From the NCBI RefSeq assembly GCF_963921235.1, contig NC_086097.1:95110001-95174000 (forward strand): a stretch of DNA of 64,000 nucleotides. Reading direction: 5' to 3'. The notes below the pieces were generated by a model, which had not been told where the DNA came from, did no database searches, and was given only the letters and a program-made list of their open reading frames with translations. Made by a program: the position numbers and the translations under genes. The DNA comes from Mobula hypostoma. Taxonomy: Eukaryota. Shown piece by piece: positions 25,865 to 38,801 of this stretch (the first letter of the stretch is position 1; each line of letters begins with the position of its first letter).

Positions 25865-28031
25865 TATAAATACAAATACCTATGTCAGGATGCTACTTTT
25901 TGACTATGGCTCAGCATTTAACACCATCATTCCCACAGTCCTGATCAAAAAGCTACAGAACCCAGGCCTCTGTACCTCCCTCTGCATCCGGATCCTTCAC
26001 TTCCTAACCGGAAGACCACAATCTGTGTGGATTGGAAATAACATCACCACCTTGTTGACAAATAACACTGCCGCTGCACAGGGATGTGTGCTTAGCCCAC
26101 TGCTCTACTCTCTCTACACTCATGACTGTGTGGCTAGACTCTTACACTGAACGTCAACAAGACCAAAGAGCTGATTGTGGATCACAAAGAGGGTAAAACG
26201 AGGGAACACAAACCAATCCTCATAGAGGGATCAGAAGAGTGAGCAATTTCAAGTTCCTGGTCAATACCTGGATGCAACACATTGATGCAGCTATAAAGGA
26301 GGAAAGACAGTGGCTATATTTCATTAGGAGCTTGAGGAGATTTGTTTCTTTAACTAAAACACTCAAAAACTTCTACACATGTACTGTGAAGAGTATTCTG
26401 ACAGGCTGCATCACCATCTAGTATGTGTGGGGCTATTGCACAAGATCAAAGTAAGTTGCAGAAATTTGTAAATTTAGTCATCTCCATCATGGGTACCAGC
26501 CTCTGTAATATCCAAGTCATCTTCAAGGAGCAGGGCCTTAGGAAGGCGGCATCCATCATTAAGAATCTCCACCACCCAGAACGTGCCCTCTTCACATTGT
26601 TACTGTTGGGAAGGAGGTACAGGAGCCTAAAGGCACACACTCAGTGATTCAGGAACAGTTTCTTCCCCTCTGCCATCCCATTCCTTGGACATCGAACCCA
26701 TGAACACTACCCCACTACATTTTTTATTTCTGTTATTCTGCACTACTTATTTTAACCTAACTACGGTGGCATGCAAAAGTTTGGGCACCCCGGTCAGAAT
26801 TTCTGTCACTGTGAATAGCGAAGCGAGTAAAAGATGGCCTGATTTCCAAAAGGCATAAGGTTAAAGATGACACATTTCTTTAATATTTTAAGCAAGAAAA
26901 CTTTTCTATTTCCATCTTTTACATTTTCAAAATAACAAAAAAGGAAAAGGGCCCGAAACAAAAGTTTGGGCACCCTGCATGGTCAGTTCTTAGTAACACC
27001 CCTTTGGCAAGTATCACAGCTTGTAAACGCTTTCTGTAGCCAGCTAAGAGTCTTTCAATTCTTGTTCGGGGGATTTTCACCCATTCTTCCTTGCAAAAGG
27101 CTTCTAGTTCTGTGAGATTCTTGGGCCGTCTTGCATGCACTGCTCTTTTGAGGTCTATCCACAGATTTTCAATGATGTTTAGGTCGGGGGATTGTGAGGG
27201 CCATGGCAAAACCTTCAGCCTTCAGCTCTTGAGGTAGTCCATTGTGGATTTTGAGGTGTGCTTAGGTTCATTATCCTATTGTAGAAGCCACCCTCTTTTC
27301 ATCTTCGGCTTTTTTACAGACGATGTGATGTTTGCTTCCAGAATTTGCTGTTATTTAATTGAATTCATTCTTCCCTCTACCAGTGAAATGTTCCCTGTGC
27401 CATTGGCTGCAACACAAGCCCAAAGCATGATCGATCCACCCTCGTGCGTTACAGTTGGAGAGGGTTTTTTTCCATAAAATTCTGCACCCTTTTTTCTCCA
27501 AACATACCTTTGCTTATTGCGGCCAAAAAGTTCTATTCAAAAGGTTCAAAGGAACATCTAAACAAGCCTGATGCATTTTGGAAACAAGTCCTGTGGACTG
27601 AAGAAGTTAAAATAGAACTTTCTGGCCGCATTTACAAGCTGTGATACTTGCCAAAGGGGGTGTTACTAAGTACTGACCATGCAGGATGCCCAAACTTTTG
27701 CTTCGAGCCCTTTTCCTTTTTTGTTATTTTGAAAATGTAAAAGACGGAAATAAAAAAGTTTTCTTGCTTAAAATATTAAAGAACTGTGTCGTCTTTAACT
27801 TTATGCCTTTTGGAAATCAATTCATCTTTTACTCGCTTAGCTATTCACAGTAACAGAAATGTTGACTGGGGTGATCAAACTTTTGCATGCCACTGTATTT
27901 AATAGACATATATACACTTAATGTCACTCTGTTTTTCACTATACTTACTTATTATGTATTTCATTTTTCTGCTGCCGTAAAGTTAACAAATTTCATGACG
28001 TATGCCAGTGATGTTAAATCTGATTCTGATT
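25865..28031 (+). mobile_element. Rex1/Babar LINE (RT to 3' tail) nested in CR1; hosts a Tc1 derivative
   Basis: [12 protein letters not shown] and [16 protein letters not shown] motifs, with a ctgattctgatt tail. Confidence 0.85.
26764..27895 (-). mobile_element. Non-autonomous Tc1 element with ~265-bp inverted ends
   Basis: TA|CGGTGGCATGCAAAAGTTTG…CAAACTTTTGCATGCCACTG|TA. ORF 26919-27209 contains WPSQSPDLNIIENLW, the C-terminus of a DD34E transposase. Confidence 0.9.
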
Positions 28032-28234
28032 GTGGATAGACAGGGACTGATTAGGGATAGTCAGCATAGCTTTGTGCATGGTAGGTCATGTCTAACCAAT
28101 CTTACAGAGTTTTTCAAGGCAGTCACCAGTAAAGTTGATGAAGGTAAGACAATTGTTGTCTACATTGACTTCAGCAAGGCATTTGACATGGTTCCGCATG
28201 GCAGATTGGTCAAAATTCAGTTGATTGGAATTAT

Positions 28235-28912
28235 ATTAGATTAGATTGTGAGGACAATCAGTCCTCGTTTATTGTCATTTAGAAATGCATGCATTAAAAA
28301 ATGATACAATGTTCCTCCAGAATGATATCACAGAAACACAAGACAGACCAAGACTAAAACTGACAAAAACCACATAATTATAACATATAGTTACAACAGT
28401 GCAAAGCAATACCATAATTTGATAAGAGCAGACCATGGGCACGGTAAAAAAAAAGTCTCAAAGTCCTGATAGCCCCAACATCTCACGCAGACGGTGGAAG
28501 GGAGAAACTCTCCCTGCCATGAGCTTCCAGCTCCACAAACTTGTCGATGCAGCACCCTGGAACCAGATCACAGTCCGACTCTGAGTCCATCTGAAAACTT
28601 CGAGCTTCCGACCAGCCCTCCGACACCGAGCACCGAGCACCATCTCTGCCGAGCGCTTCGACCCCGGCCCCGGCCGCCAAGCAACAGGCAAAGCCGAGGA
28701 TTCGGGGCCTTCCCCTCCGGAGATTTTGGATCACACAGTAGCAGCAGCAGTGAAGCAGGCATTTCAGAAGTTTCACCAGATGTTCCTCCGTGCTCTCACG
28801 TCTGCCTCCATTAAATCAGGATTGTGAATGGCCTCCTACTTGACAGATTACAGATATTCATCACCAGAGAGGCTGTGCATGCTGCGTCGCGCCACCATCT
28901 TCTCCTCCTCCC
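28235..28912 (-). mobile_element. Short non-autonomous retroelement with (aatct)n tail nested in CR1
   Basis: Interrupts the CR1 RT. It has an attagattagatt tail, a GC-rich body and a 5' aagatggtgg motif. Confidence 0.55.
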
Positions 28913-30016
28913 AACGTGCAAAGTGATGTAGCAAATTGGATTGGACATTGCCTTTGCAGGAGAAGCCAGAGAGTGGTAGTAGATGGTAGTAGAGTTGCCT
29001 CTCTGACTGGAGGTCTGTGACTAGTAGAGTGCCACAGGGATTGGTGCTGGGTCTATTGTTGTTTGTCATCTGTATCAACGATCTGGATGATAATGTAGTG
29101 AACTGGACAGCAAAGAGAACTATCAAAGCTTGCAGCGGGATCAGGACCAGCTGGAAGAATAGGCTAAAAAATGGCAGATGGAATTTAATGCAGACAATTG
29201 TGAGGTTTTACACTTTGGGAGGACCAACGAAGGTGGGGCTTACGCAGTGAATGGTAGGGCACTGAGGAGTGCAGTGATACAAAGATATCTGGGAATACAG
29301 GCCCATAATTAATTGATAGTGGCGTCACAGGTAAATACAGTCAAAAATAAAGTTTTTGGCACATTGACCTTCATAGATCAAAATATTGAGTACAGGAGTT
29401 GGGATGTTACGTTGAAGTTGTGTAAGACATTGGTGAAGCCTAATTTGGAGTATTGTGTGCAGCTTTAGTCACCTACCTACAGGAAAAATGTAAATAAGAT
29501 TGAAAGAGAACAGAGAAAATTTACAAGGATGTTGCCAGGAATGGAGGGCCTGTGTTATAAGGAAAGATTGAATAGGTTAGAAGTTGATTCCCTAGAACGT
29601 AGAAGATTGAGGAGAGATTTGACAGAGGTATAAAAATTACAAGATGTACAAGATCTGATAGGGGTATAGATAGGGTAAATGCAAGCAGGCTTTTTTCACT
29701 GAGGGTGTGTGAGACTACAACTAGAGGTCATGGGTTAAGGGTGAAAGGTGAAATGTTAATGGGAACACGAGGGGAAACTTCTTCACTCAGAGAGTGGTGT
29801 GACTGTGGCACAAGCTGCCAGCACAAGTGATGGATGCAATTTTGATTTCAACCTTTAAGAGAAGTTTGGATAGGTACATGGATACAAGAGGTATGGAGGG
29901 CCATGGTCTGGGTGCAGATCGATGGAACTAGGCAGCTTAAATGGTACAGCAGAGACTAGATGGGCTGAAGAGCCTGCTTCTGTGTTGTACTTCTCTATGA
30001 CTCTATGGTTCTATGA

Positions 30017-30445
30017 TTACCAATACTAGTACAGTTCTACAAAACTGTGCATTAGTTCCTAATAGTTATCGACAGAGGTATTCATTCAGTGTACGCTGAC
30101 GTGTTCTTTTGATTGATTATAAATGAACAAAACCAGCCCAGGTACCTAGTGCAGATAGTGGACTGGCTTTAAACACTGCTTTCAACAATTGCATCCTCTA
30201 AATCTTCATTTCAATTGTAACATTCAAGATGATTGTTGATACCTTCAGATTCTTATTGAAGTAGTGAAATCGTTATATTTTCACTCCTGGCCGTTTTTGA
30301 CATCTCCAAGCCTGAATGCTTGAAATCCCAGTGAGCAAAACAGTTTTGAATTGTCTATATTTAATACTTGCCAACTATCAGTGACAAAAGTTACCATTTT
30401 TTGAACACAAACATGCAAGTTATACTATTTAAAAACTGTTTGCTC
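30017..30445 (-). mobile_element. Tigger-like MITE, second part
   Basis: Reverse-complement similarity to 11480-11915 and 39020-39435. Confidence 0.75.
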
Positions 30446-31289
30446 GATGTTCAATGCCTCTTAGATATTGCAACTGTATCCACATCAGCCACTTCCTGTA
30501 AAATTAGCAGCACAGAAATTTAAGTAATGATTAACATTTGTCCTCATGTAAATCCTGAAAGCAAATACGATACTGAAATAACCTTTTTATGAAAAGCAAA
30601 AGACAAACTGTAATACAATATCCAACACTGGGAAAAACAGCACCGCAGAACACAAAGTCCTACAATATATTGAGGGTCTTCTGCATTCCAAACAGAAATT
30701 GATTCATAAACTATTTCATCTACCTCTGCAGAAATACTCAAGTACAAAGTAATTGCATTCATGTTCTCACATTCAATCTGTTCCTTTTTTCTTCTTTTGC
30801 CCGTTCCGCTGCTGGCGTTCAGGGCAGCATTGAAGGTTTTCCATCTCTGGCAGCGTTCACTGCTTCCTTCATGCCTGTAGCTTCCCCTCAGTTTCTCTAC
30901 TGTCAGTCATGCAAGTCCCAGGTAGAGACTCAGGAATACCGTTGCACTCAGATGTAGATGGATTCTTCATTGCTATTTCTGCAACAGTTGTGTTTGACCA
31001 ATCAGGGTTGTTAGCCCTGAGCTGAAACTCTGTCCATTTAATGTAACAGAAATATAAACAGAATATATACAGTGCAGTACACTGAGTGTAGGAATAGAGT
31101 TTATTTTGTGAATTTGAAAGGTGACCCATTTACAATCTCCAGCTAAACAAGGTCTTGATGAGCTAATTACTTAAACTGCACATAATGTTGTTAGAATGAG
31201 TTGCTAGTTTTTTTATGCAAACACCTACTACAAGATAAAAATGCACGGTGAATGACTGGTCTCTCTTTAAAGTTGCTTTTTATGTTACA

Positions 31290-31760
31290 AAGGTGGGCAG
31301 AGCAATGGCTGATGGAATTTAATTCCATTAAACGTAAACTGGTGCATTCTAGAAAGACATGCATTGTGTATGTCCTGTACTGTAGTAGGGCCTACAATAC
31401 AAGAGCATGGAGGTAATAATATACCTTTTTGTTGGCCACAATTGGAGTTGTGGCTTCAATTCTGGATGTCATTGTCTAGGAAGACATGATACACTTGAGA
31501 AGGCAGAACAAATTCACCATTATGTTGCCAGGGCTGGAGCATTTATGCACCAAGAACCACGGGATAGGCTAGGTTTGTTTCCTTGATGTAGATGAGACAG
31601 AGAGCGACCGGACAGAGGTAAACAATATTCTGCAGTGAACAGATAGGACAGATGATTCAAGACTTTACCCCATAGCAGTAATGTCTAAAACAAGAGAGGA
31701 AAGATTGAGACAAGGGTCAGGAGATTTACAGGGCAGCTGAGAATTATTTTTCTCCCATCT
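31290..31760 (+). mobile_element. Highly decayed CR1 3' fragment
   Basis: tggctgatggaatttaat…, gttgccagggctggag motifs. Confidence 0.55.
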
Positions 31761-33099
31761 TTTTTCCTGTCAGCAGTATTCCAAGGCTTCTTTGACAGCA
31801 CTCCGCAAATTTAACACCATCATCTCTTGCTAAATCCAAAAGGAAGCAAAGTGTATGGAAATACCACAATCTTCCCCTGCCATGGAAATTTTTATCTGTT
31901 TTAACACTGAAGGAATCCGGACACTCCCCAGTTAATAGCATTGAGACAAACATATTAAATGACACAGATCAACATGTTGTCTCACCCCCAACTCTGTGAA
32001 ATTAGAAGTACACAATTCTTCACTGTCTTGCCAGTAATCCCCACATCCTAAGACTGAATTTAAGACAAATCCAATTTGAGAGGGAAGTTCGGCATGGTTA
32101 GGGTGTCTTTTACACTAAACTTACAAAATCAGCAGAAATTATTTCCATCAAGATTTAGTCAATATTTACCAGCAATAATGGTGTAACACCTTTCACACAA
32201 GGGTCAATTCCATCTACAACAGTTGTCCTGTCTTCAGGTTAAATTACTGTGTATCCAGATTGGCAGCTTTGAAAGTGTGGGCAGGGAAATGTTTTAAAAA
32301 GTCATGAAAATACATCAGGCAAAGGTCAGTAATCTGAAGCCCGAGGATTGCAGATACACACAAAAGCGGAGCCCAAAGTACTTGAACAGAGCACAGAAGA
32401 GGCTCAGGGAGAAGGGAATCTGCAAATTGGAAAATTATACATCCTGCCTCTGCTCTGGTTTGTCTAAAACCACATAACGATGTTTAACAGTGAAATTTAT
32501 ATGAATCTCATTTATCGTCATAATACTGGCTTGCTGGCATCCACAAGTAGATGTACAGTACCCTAGTTATTATTGTGGGTTGGATGGATGAACCATATGG
32601 TTAAAGTGCTACCACAAGAAGTTTGAAAGACAATAATCTGAATAATACATCGGGTTTTATCATGATAATGTATCAGACTTGACTTAGAGCCAAGGGTAAC
32701 AAAATGTCAGTAGACTGTGGCTGATAAAATGTCCCTGAAATATCAAGTATTTGACTCCAGAGAAAATTGGTGTCTTCATTTAAGTAAGAACAGATATTTT
32801 AAATTGCAAACACACTGTTTTTAGACATCACTACTGAATTTAAATGATTAGAAGGTGATTTCTAAGATAGGGAATGATCTGAGGCCAAGTGCTGGAAAAT
32901 GGAATTAATATGGATGGATACCCACCAGCCAGTCTAGGCGTAATGAGCTGAATGGCATGTCCCTGTGCAATATGAATCAAAAGGGCTACTTACAAAAGAT
33001 GATCACATGGAAATAATTCTTACATAACCAGGCTTTCTTGCATAACTCCCAGTGATTACCATGTGTTTTGCACTTATTTTCTGCTCTGTGCTGTGAAGA

Positions 33100-35209
33100 T
33101 ATTATTGGAAAATGTCAAAAAGGCCTGCAGTTACCCCTTGGGGTAAATGAAAAGAAAAAGAGGAAGCATTTATGTTTATCGATAACACACAAAGTCAAGC
33201 TGTTGGTAAAACTTGACAGCAGTGTAAATGTGAAGCATCTGACAGAGGAGCGAGCACTGTAAGGGTCATGTTTTTTGACTTCTCCAGTGCGTTCAACACC
33301 ATCCGCCCTGCTCTGCTGGGGGAGAAGCTGACAGCGATGCAGGTTGATGCTCCCCTGGTATCATGGATTCTTGTTTACCTGACTGGCAGACCACAGTACG
33401 TGTGCTGGCAACACCGTGTGTCAGACAGAGCATCAAGTGTACCATCAAACTTTACAACTCCTCCCTTGGAGGCTCAGACACCCTGAGCCAATAGGCTGGT
33501 CCTGGATTTATTTCATAATTTACATATTACTATTTAACTATTTATGGTTCTATTACTATTTATTATTTATGGTGCAACTGTAATGAAAACCAATTTCCCC
33601 TGGGATCAATAAAGTATGACTATGACTATGACTATGGTGTAGGTATGACCACCATCTTGGACCCAAAGGGACAGAAGGACAACTGTTAAAGTTCTCTGTT
33701 GAAAGTAATGAACAGAAGTTAATAAAAAATAGAAAAACACTGCATAAAGTGAAAAATGAAGATCTTGATCGTGTTTGAAAGAGTGGATTAGTCAGCGTCG
33801 GAGTGAACTGCTTAACATTATGCTGATCATGAAACAAGCCAAGATCCATCACAATGAACTGAAAATTGAAAGTAATTATGAATATTCAGCAGGCTGGTTG
33901 CAGAAATTTAAGAAAAGGCACCGCTTTAAACTCTTAAAGATTTGTGGTGATCACGAAGCAGCAGAGAAACTTACTGATGACTTTGTCAAGATCTTAGCTG
34001 ATGAAAATCTAATGCCAGAGTAAGCCTGATGTTCCTCCTCATAATGATGATGTACAATGTGGTTCTCACATTGATGTGGTTGTAGTGTTTGGTGCTGCAT
34101 TTGTCCCCTTTAGTAAGTGAAGATCTTTATATTGTTTGGCAATTACAAAACATTATTTTTGCATGAAATCTAAATTTCATCTCCACTGAAAATCCCAATT
34201 TGAGTGTAACGTGACCAGCGTCATTATTGCGTTAAAAATAAAATGTTGACTTTTTCAGAGTTTTTATTACATTCACCTGTGACTAAATTCCATCTTGTTT
34301 TTATACCTGAACATAAAACCTGAAATAAAAAGGTAAACTACAAATACAGTGCACTTCTAATCAATAGAAGTGCATCATAGGTGGAGACTGAAAACCTGTC
34401 ATTTTTGTTATTCAACAGCTGATTCAGGTTTTCTCTCCCCATGCTGCTGTGCTCCTTCTGTTACCCTGCACACATTATAGCTTCACTATATTAATGGTAT
34501 GGAATCATTTTTATCATTAAGTATATATGTCTGATGAACAAGTGTAAGACAAAGACTGCTTACCAGTAGCACATAAATTCAGAGTTGGGAATAATGGTGA
34601 TGCCAAACAGCCACTGACTGTCCACCTGAGCGGCCAAGGTAGTGATAGATTACCTTTCTGATGGTTCAATGTACACATTATCGTTTCATGCACAAAATTG
34701 TTAAAAACATTTTGTATGAAACTACCTTCAGGTATATGTATAAACTGTACATGTAATGTGATTCTTCCATCAGGAAGGAAGTACAGGAGCCTGAAGGCAC
34801 ACACTCAGTGATTCAGGAACGGCTTCTTCCCCCTCTGCCATCTGATTCCTAAGTGGACATTGAACCCATGAACACTACCTCATTACTTTTTCATTTTTTA
34901 CTTTATTTTGCACTACTTACCTTAATTTAACTATTTAATGTACATATATATACTTAATGTGATTCTGTTTTTTCCTATATTTCTCATGTAATGCATTGTA
35001 CTGCTGTTGCAAAGTTAACAAATTTCACAACATATGCCTGTGATATTAAACCTGACTCTGTTTTTCTGATCCTGGGATTTACATGGGTTTTGTGCTTAGA
35101 CTTGGGTCCCATCCCCAAGGTATCTCATTACGTAGATGCAAATATTTCAAAATCTGAAATCTGAAACACTTCCAGATGCAAGCATTTCAGATGAGGGGTG
35201 CTCAACCTG
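33100..35209 (+). mobile_element. Tigger/pogo (CENP-B HTH, jerky-like) transposase remnant with right TIR
   Basis: KRKHLCLSITHKVKLL and LKEWISQRRSE…SAGWLQKFKKRH. TIR-like atttcagatgaggggtgctcaacctg at ~35184-35209. Interrupted by Rex1 pieces. Confidence 0.75.
33250..33632 (+). mobile_element. Rex1/Babar fragment with internal deletion
   Basis: MFFDFSSAFNTIRP joined almost directly to the 3' end and a (gactat)n tail. Confidence 0.85.
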
Positions 35210-35408
35210 CAATTCCATTAGTGCTCAGTTGTTCCGGCTATAACAGTACATCAGCTAGAATTCACTTCCCATAGCATTGCTCATGGACAGAAACTTAAAT
35301 CAAAAGATGCTGTTGTTTATTATGTTGTCTGCATTTGAGAAAAAAGGCATTAAAGCATATATATTAAACACACTGAGCCAAATAAATTCATTATTAAACC
35401 CTACAACA

Positions 35409-37757
35409 CATAGCCATAGTCATACTTTATTGACCCTGGGGGAAATTGGTTTTCGTTACAGTTGCACCATAAATAATTAAATAGTAATAAAATCATAAAT
35501 AATTAAATATTAATATGTAAATCATGCCAGGAAATAAGTCCAGGACCAGCCTATCGACTCAGGGTGTCTGACCCTCCAAGGGAGGAGTTGTAAAGTTTGA
35601 TGGCCACAGGCAGGAATGACTTCCTATGACGCTCTGTGTTGCATCTCGGTGGAATGAGTCTCTGGCTGAATGTACTCCTGTGCCCAACCAGTACATTATG
35701 TAGTGGATGGGAGACATTGTCCAAGATGGCATGCAACTTGGACAGCATCCTCTTTTCAGACACCACCGTCAGAGAGTCCAGTTCCATCCCCACAACATCA
35801 CTGGCCTTACGAATGAGTTTGTTGATTCCGTTGGTGTCTGTTACCCTCAGCCTGCTGCCCCAGCACACAACAGCAAACATGATAGCACTGGCCACCACAG
35901 ACTCGTAGAACATCCTCAACATCGTCCGACAGATGTTAAAGGACCTCAGTCTCCTCAGGAAATAGAGACGGCTCTGACCCTTCTTGTAGACAGCCTTAGT
36001 GTTCTTTGACCAGTCCAGTTTATCGTAAATTCGTATCCCCAGGTATTTGTAATCCTCCACCATGAAAACACTGACCCCCTGGATGGAAACAGGGGTCACA
36101 GGTGCCTTAGCTCTCCTCAGGTCTACCATCAGCTCCTTAGTCTTTTTCACATTAAGCTGCAGATAATTCTGCTCACACCATGCGACAAAGTTTCCTACCG
36201 TAGCCCTGTACTCAGCCTCATCTGCCTTGCTGATGCATCCAACTATGGCAGAGTCATCAGCAAACTTCTGAAGATGACAAGAGTCTGTGCAGTAGTTGAA
36301 GTCCGAGGTGTAAATGGTGAAGAGAAAGGGAGACAAGACAGTCCCCTGTAGAGCCCCAGTGCTGCTGATCACTCTGTCGGACACACAGTGTTGCAAGCAC
36401 ACATACTGTGGTCTGCCAGTCAGGTAATCAAGAATCCATGACACCAGGAAAGCATCCACCTGCATCGCTGTCAGCTTCTCCCCCAGCAGAGCAGGGCGGA
36501 TGGTGTTGAACACACTGGAGAAGTCAAAAAACATGACCTCACAGTGCTCGCTGGCTAATCCAGCTGGGTGTAGACACGGTTCAGCAGGTAGACGATGGCA
36601 TCCTCAACTCCTAGTCGGGGCTGGTAGGCGAACTGGAGGGGATCTAAGTGTGGCCTGACCATAGGCTGGAGCAGCTCCAGAACAAGTCTCTCCAGGGTCT
36701 TCATGATGTGGGAGGTCAATGCCACCGGTCTGTAGTCATTGAGGCCGCTGGGACGCAGCGTCTTCAGCACAGGGACGAGGCAGGACGTCTTCCACAGCAC
36801 AGGAACCCTCCGGAGCCTCAGGCTCAGGTTGAAGACATGGCGAAGTACTCCACATAGCTGAGGGGCACAGGCTTTGAGCACCCTGGTTCTGACACCATCC
36901 GGTCCTGCAGCCTTGCTTGGGTTGAGACGTTTCAGCTGCCTTCTCACCTGTTCAGCTGTGAAGCCCACTGTGGTGGTTTCATGTGGGGAAGGGGTATAGT
37001 CATGAGAGCAGGGTGGGGGACTGTGAGGAGGGGTAGGAGGAGAGAGTGGAATATGTGTTGGTTGGGGGCCGACAACAGATGACTCATGTGGAGGATGGGC
37101 AATGTCAAATCTGTTAAAGAACAGGTTAAGTTCGTTGGCCCTGTCCACACTGCCTTCAGCTCCTCTGTTGCTAGTTTGCCGGAACCCAGTGATGGTCCTC
37201 ATCCCACTCCAGACCTCTCTCATGTTGTTCTGCTGGAGTTTCCACTCAGGCTTCCTCCTATACCTGTCTTTAGCCTCCCTGATCCTGGCTTTCAGGTACT
37301 TCTGTATTGCCCTCAGCTCCACCCTATTTCCATCTCTAAACGCCCTCTTTTTAGCATTCAGGATGTCCTTAATGTCCTTTGTTACCCATGGCTTGTTACT
37401 TGAATAACAAAGGACAGTTCTTGTCGGAACATTGCAGTCCACACAGAAGTTGATGTAATCCATGATGCACTCTGTGAGCCCATCAATATCCTCTCCATGT
37501 GGCTCACAGAGTGCCTGCCAGTCTGTCACCTCAAAACAACCCTGGAGCACCTCATAAGCTTCCTCCAACCATTTCCTCACTGTCCTTGAGGTTGCAGGTT
37601 TACTCTTCACCAGAGGCACGTAGCAGGGTTTTAGATGCACCAGGTTGTGATCTGACCTTCCCAGTGGGGGGAGGGGAGAGGAGCTGTATGCATCCTTAAC
37701 GTTAGCATACATCAAATTCAGAGTCCTCTCCCCTCTGGTTGTATAGCTCGCATACTG
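35409..37757 (-). mobile_element. Young 5'-truncated Rex1/Babar LINE (end of EN + RT)
   Basis: ORFs 36555-37715 and 35551-36534 (SDH, DYRPVALTS, QGTVLSP, FADD) and a (actatg)n tail. Confidence 0.92.
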
Positions 37758-37972
37758 AGATCATAAACAGAGATCCAGTAAATGATTAAAGGAAGCAATC
37801 TTTCTTTTGAAAGAGCTGACCATTACCTACTGACTTGTTGGATTCCACTGTGAGCAGAGGTTCAGTGGTACCACTCTTGCTTCTAAATCAAGGTCAGAAG
37901 TTGTAGCCCAACTCCAGAGACTGGGAGGATGACTGAAGTTGAAACCGGTGCAGTACTGAAGGAGTACTGTAT

Positions 37973-38619
37973 GAAAGTTGCTGGTGAACGCAGCAGGCCA
38001 GGCAGCATCTCTAGGAAGAGGTGCAGTCGACGTTTCAGGCCGTGACCCTTCGTCAGGACTAACTGAAGGAAGAGTGAGTAAGAGATTTTAAAGTTGGAAG
38101 GGGAGGGGGAGATCCAAAATGACAGGAGAAGACAGGAGGGGGAGGGATGGAGCCAAGAGCTGGACAGGTGATAGGCAAAAGGGATACGAGAGGATCATGG
38201 GACAGGAGGTCCGGGAAGAAAGACAAGCGGTGGGGGGAACCCAGAGGATGGGCAAGGGGTATATTCAGAGAGACAGAGGGAGAAAAAGGAGAGTGAGAGA
38301 AAGAATGTGTGTATAAAAATAAGTAACAGATGGGGTACAAGGGGGAGGTGGGGCATTAGCGGAAGTTAGAGAAGTCGATGTTCATGCCATCAGGTTGGAG
38401 GCTACCCAGACGGAATATAAGGTGTTGTTCCTCCAACCTGAGTGTGGCTTCATCTTTACAGTAGAGGAGGCCGCGGATAGACATGTCAGAATTCCACATC
38501 CCACTCCCATTCTGAAACGTCGACTGCACCTCTTCCTAGAGATGCTGCCTGGCCTGCTGCGTTCACCAGCAACTTTGATGTGTGTTGCTTGAATTTCCAG
38601 CATCTGCAGAATTCCTGTT
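37973..38619 (-). mobile_element. Penelope-like insertion with an inverted terminal segment
   Basis: 11-bp TSD GAGTACTGTAT at 37962-37972 and 38620-38630. The body is minus strand to ~38490, then the terminus flips to plus. Confidence 0.88.
38025..38064 (-). ncRNA. Minimal hammerhead ribozyme motif
   Basis: agtc-CTGACGA-agg gtcacgg cct-GAAA-CGTC-gact. Confidence 0.72.
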
Positions 38620-38801
38620 GAGTACTGTATAAGGTGCCTTTTTTTGGATGGGACGTTAAACTGGAGCCTCGGACTGAGTGAAGAAGACCCCACACAGAAA
38701 TAATACTTAACCCTTAAATGACATCATTTAAAGCACAGGTTGTGGTTTATGGGAGCTTGCTGTGTACACAGGAACAGTGGAATTTCTCACATTACAATCC
38801 A

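Larger units (their letters stand above)
22223..30016 (+). mobile_element. Degenerate, probably near-full-length CR1 with 5' tandem monomers, ORF1 remnant and ORF2, carrying several nested insertions
   Basis: ORF1/esterase-like remnants at ~24040-24420 (HIGT, LDHWALFQG). ORF2 remnants at 24560-25860 and 28030-29880. The (ctctatg) tail ends at the MITE junction ~30016. Confidence 0.7.
18873..30445 (+). repeat. Left arm of a long inverted duplication (homologous parts ~18873-19147, 19841-22222, 30017-30445)
   Basis: Reverse-complement match to 39020-51433. Duplicated ORFs 20491/50217, 20562/50176 and 21034/42356 lie on opposite strands. Confidence 0.92.
37855..38800 (+). mobile_element. tRNA-headed Deu-domain-like SINE interrupted by a Penelope insertion
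   Basis: ggttcagtggta…tcagaag head and gcagtactga.ggagt.ctg core. Similar minus-strand copies lie at ~17500-17790 and ~58850-59110. Confidence 0.45.

Noticed and set aside
33068..34023. Domesticated jerky/TIGD-like host gene
   Set aside because: It is interrupted by a Rex1 insertion, has stops and frameshifts, lacks the DDE domain and retains a TIR.
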